This document shows, one piece after another, positions 1-9,700 of a stretch of DNA of 56,895 nt. The notes beneath the pieces were generated by a model, which was not told the DNA's origin, made no database searches, and was given only the letters and a program-made list of their open reading frames with translations. This stretch comes from Pseudomonadota bacterium. GTDB taxonomy: Bacteria; Pseudomonadota; Gammaproteobacteria; JAJDOJ01. The stretch is taken from positions 1-56,895 of the forward strand of contig JAYENI010000207.1 of NCBI GenBank assembly GCA_034722015.1. Reading direction: 5' to 3'. How positions within the stretch are numbered: position 1 is the first letter of the stretch; each line of letters opens with the position of its first letter. The translations under genes were made by a program, and so were the position numbers.

Positions 1-41
1 ACGAAATAAGCGACTAAAAACGGTTGATTTTTTATTGCCAA

Positions 42-590
42 TTATGGTAGAGGCGGCAATCCGGCATGGCGCCACAACTCATCTACCAGGTAGGCGGATT
101 GATGTTTGTCCAAACCTAGCCGTGTCATATCGTCCTGAAGACTGCGGCGGAACTCAATTTCAAAATCACGGCGCTCTTTCCCTTGAAGCTTCGGCGAAAT
201 ACCAGCGTCGATGTCCCTTAGAGATACCTTCAAACCCAATAGCGTATAGCGCAAAAGCCAAGGATCACGTCCAGCCTCAAATGCGGCAAGGTAATCTGAA
301 TGAACTGTCTTCACGACATCTCGCACCATATCGAATTCTTTATGCACGGATGGCCGCTTGACACCGTGCTTCGCACCCACAAGTGCCCCCTGAAGCACGT
401 CGTCGTCCAGCGCTTTCTGGAGTTCCGATATATTCGATAGAACATCATCGATGCGTGACCGCAGTCGCCGACCATGCCTCTTCGTGAAGGGAGCCCTCCC
501 GGATTTGATCGCTCTAAGGAAAACCAGACCGATATCCAATATCTCTCCCAGCTCGGGATACTTTTTTATCCACGTCGGCCATGCGTTCAC
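42..590 (-). CDS. Hypothetical protein, cargo directly downstream of the integrase
   Basis: 182-aa ORF starting 2 bp after the integrase stop, same strand; no recognisable motif. Confidence 0.55.
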   Translation of the reverse strand: MNAWPTWIKKYPELGEILDIGLVFLRAIKSGRAPFTKRHGRRLRSRIDDVLSNISELQKALDDDVLQGALVGAKHGVKRPSVHKEFDMVRDVVKTVHSDYLAAFEAGRDPWLLRYTLLGLKVSLRDIDAGISPKLQGKERRDFEIEFRRSLQDDMTRLGLDKHQSAYLVDELWRHAGLPPLP

Positions 591-592
591 CT

Positions 593-1768
593 CTATTGCA
601 CCTGGTCGAGGATGAACGCGCTGATCTGTTCCGTAGCCGCGCGCATCGTGCTGACCTCGGTGCGGATATAGCCACCGGTCACCTCGTTATCGGTGACGTG
701 GTTCAGCAGTTTCTTGATGGTCGTGTGCGGAACGCCGGCGACTTCGGCGATAGTGGCGAAGGTTCGCCGGAGATCGTGCCTGCAGAATTTGACGCCGCAC
801 GCTTCGGTAACGCGCGCCATCGCCTTTGCCGGTGTCCATATCGGCTTACCGTCGCGGTCGGCGAATACGTACCCTTTGCGGCGAGGTATCAGGGAATCGA
901 AGTGCTCCACCAGGGCGCCCGGAACCGGCAATGCGCAATCGCTGCCGTTCTTCGTGTCGCGCAGCGTGAGCAGCCGCCCCTCGAGGTCGACATCCTCCCA
1001 GCGCAACCCCCTGGCGGGGATCTCCCTGGTGGCGGGCCTGGCCAGTTCGCTGCCCCGCAGCCCCATGTGGAGCGCGGTCAGGAGGTAGACGCGAGCCACC
1101 GGATTCGATTCCGCCAGGACGGCGCGATACCAGTCCCCCAGGCTATCGGCCGGGATGATCCGCTCGGCACGTCGTGGCTTGTGCCATAGTCGCGCCGAAC
1201 TCAACACGTCGGTCGGCAGCTCCTGGATCGCGTCGATGGCCCGCGCGTGGCGCATCAACGCGCGCAGCACGCGGAAACTCGAATTTGCGGTAGTCTTGCC
1301 CCGTCGAGTCAGTTCGCGATGTCGTGCGCGCACCATGTCGGTGGTGATACGGTTGATCGGCCGATCGATCCAGTCTTCGAACGCCAGATCGATACGGTGG
1401 CGGTAGTCAGCCCGTGTGACGGGCTTCAGGGTGTGTGTCTGGAGGTAGTCGTCGCGGATTTTGCCTAACGTCAGTCCTTCCGCGCGGAGACGGCGCTTCT
1501 CCTCGACCGGGTCGATGCCCGCGGCGATGTCGCGCAGCGCGTTGAGGGCGAGTTTCCGCGCCTGGCCGACGGAAATATCCGGGAACCGGCCGAGCGTGAC
1601 GCGGCGTGCCCGCCCGTTGACGTTCTTCAGGAGCCCGAACGAGCGGGTCCCGGCCGGCGTGATCCTGAGACGGAGCTTCGGGATCTCCTTGTCGGCGTAC
1701 TCGGTCCGCCCATCGGTCGGGACCGGCAGCGCGCGAACGCGCGACTGCGTGAAATTGAAACGCTCCAT
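593..1768 (-). CDS. Tyrosine recombinase/integrase with N-terminal arm-binding domain (P4-like)
   Basis: Catalytic motifs GLRGSEL, RHDLRRTF, LLNH and GGY; N-terminal LRLRITPAGTRSF...RRVTLGRFP arm-binding signature; ATG at 1768 preceded by GGAGGGG. Confidence 0.95.
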   Translation of the reverse strand: MERFNFTQSRVRALPVPTDGRTEYADKEIPKLRLRITPAGTRSFGLLKNVNGRARRVTLGRFPDISVGQARKLALNALRDIAAGIDPVEEKRRLRAEGLTLGKIRDDYLQTHTLKPVTRADYRHRIDLAFEDWIDRPINRITTDMVRARHRELTRRGKTTANSSFRVLRALMRHARAIDAIQELPTDVLSSARLWHKPRRAERIIPADSLGDWYRAVLAESNPVARVYLLTALHMGLRGSELARPATREIPARGLRWEDVDLEGRLLTLRDTKNGSDCALPVPGALVEHFDSLIPRRKGYVFADRDGKPIWTPAKAMARVTEACGVKFCRHDLRRTFATIAEVAGVPHTTIKKLLNHVTDNEVTGGYIRTEVSTMRAATEQISAFILDQVQ

Positions 1769-1779
1769 AACCCCTCCAT

Positions 1780-1811
1780 GGGTCAACTTCGGGTCAACTT
1801 CGGGTCAACTA
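1780..1811 (+). repeat. Three tandem 11-bp repeats GGGTCAACTTC, probable integrase arm-type binding sites
   Basis: Copies at 1780-1790, 1791-1801 and 1802-1811 (third copy imperfect), between the integrase start and the att core. Confidence 0.6.
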
Positions 1812-1940
1812 TGAAGGGTTATTATAGGCTATATCAAACCATCGTGGAACATGACAAGCGACCATGTAACTTACTGATCGGCAAAGGGTTCCTTGGTAAA
1901 TGTCAATAAATACGCGGAGTTGTGACACAGGCACAGGGCG

Positions 1941-1987
1941 GACTGTTAATCACTAGGTCGGCGGTTCGAGCCCGTCCCGGGGAGCCA
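1941..1987 (+). mobile_element. attR: 3' fragment of tRNA-Asn(GTT) displaced by integration
   Basis: GACTGTTAATCACTAGGTCGGCGGTTCGAGCCCGTCCCGGGGAGCCA contains the anticodon loop, T-arm and CCA; upstream sequence does not supply a D-arm or the 5' acceptor strand; integrase gene adjacent. Confidence 0.88.
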
Positions 1988-1999
1988 GAATTCCGAAAT

Positions 2000-2034
2000 G
2001 CCGGTTTGAGTTCGCTCAGCCGGCTTTGTCGTTT
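2000..2034 (+). terminator. Intrinsic terminator of the original tRNA-Asn transcript
   Basis: GCCGGTTTGAG-TTCG-CTCAGCCGGC hairpin followed by TTTGTCGTTT. Confidence 0.7.
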
Positions 2035-2124
2035 CCAGCGTAATCGCATTTTTCGCCGGCAGATCAAACGGTTGACGATTTTCTGCCGCCAGATGTCCAT
2101 CCTTCCAGGTTCCGTTCGATTGTA

Positions 2125-2158
2125 CAAAGCCGGGAACCCGGGCTTGAGAACTGCCGGG
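2125..2158 (-). terminator. Hairpin/terminator-like element downstream of the DUF3800 gene and RNA; repeated at 13498-13531
   Basis: Minus strand AAGCCCGGG-TT-CCCGGCTTTG; the 34-bp block matches 13498-13531 with 1 mismatch. Confidence 0.55.
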
Positions 2159-2181
2159 CACACAACTATCATTTTAGTGTG

Positions 2182-2251
2182 GCTGGGGACAAAATTCGGC
2201 TCCATGCCGTGTGGCCCGCGGATCTCGATCCGTCAGCCCTATATCCCCGGC
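2182..2251 (-). ncRNA. Candidate structured RNA (three-way junction) of the DUF3800-associated type
   Basis: Minus strand folds as P1 GCCGGGGAUA/UGUCCCCAGC, P2 GGCU..CGGAU-CGAG-AUCCG..GGCC, P3 CGGC-AUGGA-GCCG; begins 4 nt after the DUF3800 stop. Confidence 0.65.
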
Positions 2252-2255
2252 CTCC

Positions 2256-3080
2256 CTATTTCTCGAAAGCCGCCAAGTTGAGCGGCTTTCTTTTTGTGTA
2301 GAAGACGCTCCGCTTGCCGTTCTCCACACGATCCAGATCGTGAATCTCTCCGACGTGCGGCCAGATCAACTCCAGAAACCTTTCCTCCCGGCGTTCGTAG
2401 AACCGTTGCAACGCCCATAGATAGTAATCAACTGCCTGCAGACCAACGCATTTCGCCGGAGTGCTTGAGGTGACGTTGTTCGTGGCCGGGTGCGCGAAAC
2501 CGAAACTTCGCTTGAATTCCTCCCCTGCCTGCTCCAGCGCGGTGCGGAATGCCACGTTCCTGGACTTGTTGCCCCGCCTGGCGAAGCAGATGTTGACGTC
2601 TTCCGCCATGTGATGCAGCTTGCGAAAGAGTTCTTTTACTAGCAGGTCGTACTGCTCATTCTGGCGGTAGCGGTAGCGGTAGCTCGCGTCTCGCTCGTTC
2701 TGCTGCTGCACGTAGGTCGCCAGATCGTGCTTGTCGCGAACGACGGCGTAAAACCGCAGGTCCTTTTCCAGCAACAGAGAGAAAACCTCTCTTCGGATCT
2801 CCGGTAGATCATCCTTGGCATGGAAGGCCACAGCCGTCTTCCGATTCTCCGGCTGCATCGACGGAACGTGCTTGCAATAAGGGTCAGCCAGTAACCCGGC
2901 GCGCAGGGCATCCAGGTCTCGTGCCATTTCGATCGGCGCATCGATTTCCATCTTGCCAAGCATGAAGTAGTTCGAGCAGCCGTTATCGCCGACGATGATG
3001 TGTCCCTTGCGGTTGAACAAGGTCGGATCACCCGCCTCATCCACGAAGTAGTGGATGGTTTCCTTTTCCGCCTCGACCAC
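2256..3080 (-). CDS. DUF3800-family protein
   Basis: N-terminal YFVDEAGD and C-terminal GLQAVDYYLWA motifs typical of DUF3800; GTG start with AGGAG RBS. Confidence 0.8.
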   Translation of the reverse strand: MVEAEKETIHYFVDEAGDPTLFNRKGHIIVGDNGCSNYFMLGKMEIDAPIEMARDLDALRAGLLADPYCKHVPSMQPENRKTAVAFHAKDDLPEIRREVFSLLLEKDLRFYAVVRDKHDLATYVQQQNERDASYRYRYRQNEQYDLLVKELFRKLHHMAEDVNICFARRGNKSRNVAFRTALEQAGEEFKRSFGFAHPATNNVTSSTPAKCVGLQAVDYYLWALQRFYERREERFLELIWPHVGEIHDLDRVENGKRSVFYTKRKPLNLAAFEK

Positions 3081-3087
3081 CGTTTAC

Positions 3088-3540
3088 TCACTCCTTCGCG
3101 CCGAGCGACTCGTCGGCCAGGACCTCGACCAGCTCGGCGATCACCTGCAACTCGCCCTCGTCCTCACCGGTCAGGACGAGGGGCTCATAGTCAGGGTTGA
3201 TCGGTTTCAGGGTGATGCGCGCGTGGCGCCAGGTGTCGCCAACTTTCACCTTCTCGCTTTCGTAGCGCTTGACCGTATAACGCTGACCGGTCTCGGGGTC
3301 GGTGGCGTCGCGGAGCTGGACGAGGACGCTCTTGCCCTGGCGCGTGCCTTCGACCGGGGCGCGGAAAAGGCACCAGGCGCCGTCGGGGATCGCAGGCTCC
3401 ATGGATTTGCCGACAACCTGAGCGACAAAGTTGCCGGGCGCAGGTGGTGGTGTGCCCCGACGTCTACCCACTCGGAGCCGTCGTCCTCGATGTGCTGGGG
3501 ATCGCCGAAGGCACCGGCGGCGGCCTTGAGCGGAACGAGC
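3088..3540 (-). pseudogene. LexA/CI-like S24 autopeptidase module, frameshifted C-terminus of the methyltransferase gene
   Basis: [11 protein letters not shown] (cleavage-region-like) lies in ORF 3246-4622; VVGKSMEP (Ser) and YTVKRY (Lys) lie in ORF 3088-3471; a 1-bp shift near 3435 joins them. Confidence 0.75.
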
Positions 3541-6500
3541 GGCACGCAGGTCTTGTAGCGCTTCTCGGGCGTTGGCTCGACGGTGCGCGGGCGGAACGGG
3601 ATGACTTCGGTGGTCGCAGCCTTGGCCTCACCGGTCTGGAACGCCCCCGGCCAGCCGCCGTGCCGCTCGATGACCTCGTCGATCTCCTGCATTAGGCGGA
3701 TGGTCTCGGTGAGGGCGACAACGATCTTCTGGTAATGGGTGATGTCGTCCTGCGAGAGCGTGCGGCCCTTGCGGTCCTTTAGCCACTTGTGGCAGACCTG
3801 ATAGCCGCCGATGTGGAAGTTCCAGACCTCTTCGGGCACGCCGCTGAAGCCGATCGTGCCGGACTTGGTTGCGCGGTGACCTTCACGGGCGTTGGTCTTG
3901 CCGGCATCGAGCCAGACCGTGTCATCCGACCAGCCGACGCGGCCAACTTCGGGGTTCTTTGGACCGGTGTAGGTGGTGATAAAGTCGTCGAGATTGGGGG
4001 ACTCCATCAGGTGTAGGGCGACGAGTTCGCCGCCACGGCGCGCGAGTTCACGAAATAGATCGAGTCTGCCGGGTAGTGGTATTCGCGGGAAGTCGATCTT
4101 GAGGAGATCTGAGTATCTGAGTCGGTAGGTACCGCTATGAAAGGTAGCGTAGATGAACGCGAGAATTTCGTTGGGATCCAGAACTTCAATGCCAAGAACG
4201 GCTTGAAGGTCTTCGCGGAAGCGGACCGAAAGGTTCACTTGCCGACCGTTCCCCGCAAGGAGCCCGTCTCTGTCTTGGTAGAGAAAAAGCGGCGCCACGT
4301 TCGCGTAGCCGCGATTGCTCCTCATGCTTCGATGATCAACTGGGAACCTCGTGACGAAGAAATGATTGTAACCACCTTCCTCTTGAATAACTTGCCGCAT
4401 AAAGACAAGACCCATATTTGGTCTAAGTAGATGCTGCATGATGTCAGCTGACGCTTGCTGCACGATGGTTGGCTCATAATAGGTGTAACGGTAGTCAAAA
4501 GGCCGAAAAAGGCAGCGGACGATATTGCTGGGATCAAATCGATGGTCACGTTTGTAGCCGACTACCGAAAAATTCCGATAATCATGGATTCCGAAAGCTA
4601 CAGCCAAAGCATCGCCCTGCAACGGGGACTCGAAGTACGATTTGATCCTCCGCGATAGGATGGGCGCATCTATATGTCAAACACATTGTCATCAGGGGAA
4701 CCGTCAGGACAAACTTCGCCTTTGCTTCAGTTGCCGTGAAGGTCTAAGAACGTGAGACGGTTGAAAGTATTAATTAGTGTCTTCCGAACGCCGCGCAAGA
4801 CTCGATTGGTTAGAAATCCATTGTTGGAAATCATGCTAGTGATTCCAATCGGCGTCGTATCAAGAATCCCGATGCCGAGGCCCCAGAACTTCACGCAATC
4901 ATCTTGGAGTATCGTCTCGAACTTTAGCGCGCCCCGTTCCTTAATTTTCTCTCCATCCAAATAGCGAAATGGCTCCACCAACACGACAGCACTTTCATCC
5001 AAGTTGCACGAGTTTATTGAATACGGCGGATTGCCGATTACCAGAGTGAACTGTTGTTTACGTTTAACCTCATTGACTGCTCGCGCCTCATGACCAAGCG
5101 CTTCGAAGAGTCCTGCAGCCTCATCGTCAGCCAATGAAGATGCCGGCTCGAGAGCATTGGTCATGTACACCCGCGCCCGCTCTTCGCTGCCAAAGCGGTA
5201 GCCGGTCTCGTAAAGCTTGAGTCCGATCTTGAGATGAGCGATGGCATACGGCGCCATTAGTAACTCGTAGCCGTGCAATCGCGGCAGAAGGTGTCGCGGC
5301 ACGTACTCGTTCCAGAGCGCGTCGATCTTTTTCTCGCCGCAGCCCTGCTTCTTCCACTTGTCGATCAGCGTCTTGTAGACAAGGTCGATGACTTCAACGA
5401 GGAAGGTGCCGGTACCCGTGGCGGGATCGAGGATCTGGATGAAGTCCTGCTCGGGCGGGACGCCGTCGGGGATCTTCAGATTCTTATGGCGCCCGGCCAT
5501 CTCGCCCCAGGTCGTGGTATCGGCGAGGCCGTCTTCGAGGCCGAACTCGGAACGCAGCAGCTCGTCCACCGAGCGCACGATGTAGGAGACCACCGGGCGT
5601 GGGGTGTAGAAGACGCCGCGGCTCACCTTCTGCTTCTTGTCGTAGGCGGCGAGGAAGTGCTCGTAGAAGTGGATGACCGGGTCTTCCTGGGGATTGCGGT
5701 CACCGAAGTCGCGGACCACCGCTTCCATTTTGGCCTGGTCGAGCAGATCGACGACCTCAGAGATGCCCAGCTCATCAAAGTCGATGCCCGAGCCACCCGC
5801 CTTGCCGCGCCGGCCGCCTACTTTGATGAAGGTCTCCATCAACTCCTTCAGGAAGGGGTTGGTCCGCATGTGGCCGGCGAAATCGTCAACCGTCTTCTTG
5901 TGCGGGTCGGCGATGCGCGCCGAGAGCAGGCCATAGGCGATGGTCTGGGCGTACATATCAGCGAAGCCGCCAGCGTCGAGGTCGTGGACAAGCGCCTCCT
6001 GGAACGCCTTCATCAGCTTGGTCAACGATCCGTGCTCGCTCTTGATGGCGAGCGCCGTCTGAATGCGGTCACGGATCGCGCGGGCCAGCTCCGCCAGGCG
6101 GATCGACAGGTCCTTCGAGGTAGTGATGACCTCTCGGTGACGCAGCGTGAATGCCGAGCGCCACTGCACACGCCAGGCTTCGCCGTCTTCTTCATCCTCG
6201 GGCCAGGCGAGGTGTTCGGAGAGTTCCCTGGCTACGGCGTCGAGGTGGAGCGCGGTGTCGCGGTTGTCCCAGCCGAGCACCTTGAGAGTAGGCAAGTCCT
6301 GCCCATCCCGGGGTGTCGAGAAGTGGGCGAAGCTGATCTGGCGCTCTTCACCCTCGCCATAGTTGGAAACGAACAGCAGATCGTCCGCGGCCCAGGCCTG
6401 ACGCTCGGACTTGTTGGCCGATGCTCGCTTTTTGAGCGCCACCTGACCCAGGATTCGGCGCAGTGCCACGACCGGCAGGCGCTTCGGTTCGAACTTGACG

Positions 6501-6727
6501 AAGAAGATACCCCAAGGCTGACTCGGCGAGAGCGGGCGCAGGCGCTTGATTTCCTGAATTCTGGCGGCATTCCTGGTATCGATGCCGAGTTCCTCGGGCG
6601 TGTACTCAAAGGTCAGTTCCTCGAAGTCGCCTCCCTCGATAGGCCAACCCATGGGATCGCGCAGGTAGCGGACGAGCTGGTCGAAGCTCCTGATCCGGGC
6701 GAGTTCGCTACGGTGATCGATCGGCAT
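3246..6727 (-). pseudogene. N6-adenine DNA methyltransferase with type ISP-like specificity domain, disrupted
   Basis: Motif I ILDPATGTGTFL, motif IV IGNPPY, C-terminal GYQVCHKWLKDRK...HYQKIV; in-frame stops at 4727-4729 and 4670-4672 interrupt DLHGN*SKGEVCPDGSPDDNVFDI*; a frame change follows before ORF 3246-4622. Confidence 0.85.
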
Positions 6728-6731
6728 CGGC

Positions 6732-9700
6732 TCAGCCCTCGTTCAGTTCCATCCAGCACTTGAGTGCGGGCTTCACGCCCACCGGCGCGTCCACGCGCTT
6801 CAGGTAACTGTTCTTGATGTGCTTGTCGATCTTCGAGCGAATCTCCACGAGCGTCTTCTCCCCGGTAGCGCACTTGCGCGGGGTCTCGGACCTGGAGCGG
6901 ATGCTCGCCACCATCGCCCCCAGGTCTTCGATGACGGCGTCGCGGTCCAGGTCATAGAGATACCAGCGGGTGATGCCGGCCTCCTCGGTGAATTTGTTCT
7001 GCTCCTTGTCGAGCGCGGGCAACGCGTAGCAGAAGAAGACACCGTGTATGCCCCTGGCAGGCCGCTTGCGGCCGCTGAAGGTCGCGCCAGGCAGGCCGCG
7101 GAGCCTGGCTTCCAGCCCGGAATCGGCCTGAAGCAGGGCCTGGTATTCGAGGTGCATATCCTCTACCGTCGTGCGGGTGCCCTCGTAGGCGTGGTTGAAC
7201 TCCTTGAGCGCCTCGTAATCGTCCTCGGGGGTCAGAAGCTTTCTGCCTTCGATACCGAGGGTCCGGGAGATCAACAGTGTCTTCTGCGTCACCCTGGTGT
7301 AAAGCGTGAGGATCTCGTTCAACTCGTCGGGCGGCAGGAAGTTCCAGAAGCTCACCCTGCCGCGCGAGGCGACCACCTCGGGGTGGTCCGCTATGAGCTG
7401 CTTCTCTACCTCCGGGTTCATGCGCCGGTCCACGCGGCCGATGCGCTGCATCAGGCGCACCGGATTCCAGTGGATGTCGTAGTTAACCATTCGCGAGGCA
7501 TCCTGCAAGTTCAGGCCCTCGGAGAGCACATCGGTGGAAATGAGAACACGGGTCTCGTCCTGACCCTGCGCGATCAGCTCACCCGATGAAACGCCATTAT
7601 AGTATGGCGCGAAGCGCCGGATAACGTCGGCGCGGTTGGCCTTGGTGGCGCTGTCCACCTGCGCCACGCCATCGATACCGGCGGCATCGAGCTGACGCTT
7701 GAGGTAGCGTGCGGTATCGGCGAATTCGGTGAAGACAAGCACCTTCTGGCCGACCATCTCCTTTGTTTTGAGCAGGCGGATCAGCTTCTTGAGCTTGTCG
7801 TCGTGCTTCGGCTCGAACTTGCGCGCCTCCTCGATGAACTGGACAATCTGATCCAGGTCGAGGAAGGTCTCGGACAGCATCTCCTCGACCTCGTACTCGG
7901 CGCGGTCGAGACGCTCGACGGCATCGAGCATCTCCTGCGGGACGATGTCCTCGTCCACCTCGTCGCCGTCGCCGTCTTCCCCCCACAAGTCGAGTTTCCG
8001 CTGGATCGTGTAACCGAGTATTTCCGCGTGCTGGGCCTTCCAGCGCTCAAGGCGCTTCCTCTCGGCGTCGGTCTCGCTGTGTACCTCGACGAAGGCGAGG
8101 AGTTTTTTCAGAAGACGGTCGCAAGAGAGTTCGAACGCCGCGACGGAGCTTTCGAAGCGCTTCAGGAAGTTGGTCCGAATGAGACCGACCACCTGTTGCT
8201 GCCGGTTCTGCTCGAAGGGGTCGATGTCCTTGTCGGGACCCTTGTACCAGTGTAGTGCGTAGTACATCGGCAGCGTGAAGAGCGGACTCCGGCGCGTGAA
8301 GGCCTTCTCGAACAGTTCCAGCAGCCGGCCGTAGGTCTTGCGGATGGAGTACCCGGCCACCTGGGGCGGCTTGCGTTCGGGAAACGCGGCGGCCTTGCCT
8401 GTCTCGCGGATCTGGCTCTCGCGGGCATAGGCGCGGCTGCGCTGGACTACGAGCTGGCGGAAGATCTCGTCGGTGAAGAGGATTTCCTGCGCCTCGGTCA
8501 TGTGCTCGGCGACGTCGGTCACGTCATGGCCGACACGCTGACGTATGGCCTTCTCCATCTGATTGAAGTGGGCGCGCAGGTTGTTGACGCCAAGGGTCCG
8601 CGCGAAGTAAGTCTCCTCGCGTCGCGTGAACAACTCGACCATGTGCCTGAAGTCGCTCAGCCGGTTGTTGATCGGGGTGGCGGTCAGCATGTACAGGGTC
8701 TTCGCGCGCACCGCGTTATCGAGCAGATCGTACAGGCGATAATAGCGGGACGGCTCCTTGTCGTCGTCGCCATCGCCTCGTGTGCCCGGATTCCGAAAGT
8801 GGTGCGCCTCGTCGATGATCACCACGTCAGCCAACTCGGCAATGCGCTGGAAGCGCTCCGGGAAATCACCCTTTCTGTTCAGGTCCGTGTGACTGAAGAC
8901 GGCAAGATTGCTGAAGTCAGATCCTCCGCTGACGCCCCCGATATGGGGCAACCACTCGCGCAGATGGGGCTCCCAGACGCCTTCCTTCGCGGCCTTCGGG
9001 GCGAAGAGCACGACCCGTTTGCCCTCGTGGAGGATCAGGCGTTCGATGAGCATCAGGCCGACGAAGGTCTTGCCGAGACCCACGCCGTCGCAAAGAAACG
9101 CGCCGCCGTGCTGGCGCGCAATCTTCATCAGCGCCCAGTACGCCTCCTGCTGGTAGCGGTCCAGGCTCGGGAACATCTTTGAGTGGCTTTCGTCCCATTC
9201 GGTGGCGGTCAGCTCGTGACCGCGAAAAAACTCCTGGAGGGCCTTTGCGTAGACATCGAAAGGCGTGTAGAGCTGGATGTGGCGCGAGACGGTCTCGATA
9301 ATCGCGTCCGTGATATCCGAGGCATCTTCCCAGTGTTCCTCGAACCACTCCTGAAGCTGGGCCACCTCGCGGGCACTCTGCACCTGAATGTTCAGCTCGA
9401 TGTTTTTGGTCAGGCCGGGTGCGGTGAAGTTGCTCGAACCCACCAGTGCCTGGGCGCCAACCACCTCGAGCTTGGCGTGGGTAATGTATGCCTTGGCATG
9501 GAACTTGTCTCGGTCGTAGACGCGGCACTCGATCTGTCGTGAACGCAGCGCCTCAAGAATAGCCTTGACACCACGCAGAAACGGGTTGGCCTGTTTGTCG
9601 GCTTCAAGGCTGCCGTCGAGTACCTCAACGGCACGCAAGCGGACGGCTTCCAGAAGCGCCTTGCGCGTGCGGTGCGACGTCTCCGCACCCATCAGAATCC

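Noticed and set aside
1780-1811. CRISPR array or a CRISPR reading of any repeat in the window
   Set aside because: No repeat-spacer periodicity and no cas genes; repeats are tandem without spacers or dispersed with TSDs
1912-1987. Complete tRNA-Asn gene
   Set aside because: No D-arm or 5' acceptor strand, and the 5' anticodon stem (GCGGA) does not pair with TCACT; treated as an att fragment
3088-4729. Methylase lesions as sequencing errors or programmed recoding
   Set aside because: Two in-frame stops plus two frame changes are clustered while neighbouring genes are clean, and no slippery site is evident; real decay is more likely, though reads should be checked
5273-6763. 496-aa plus-strand ORF
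   Set aside because: Antisense to the methyltransferase; no RBS or domain signature
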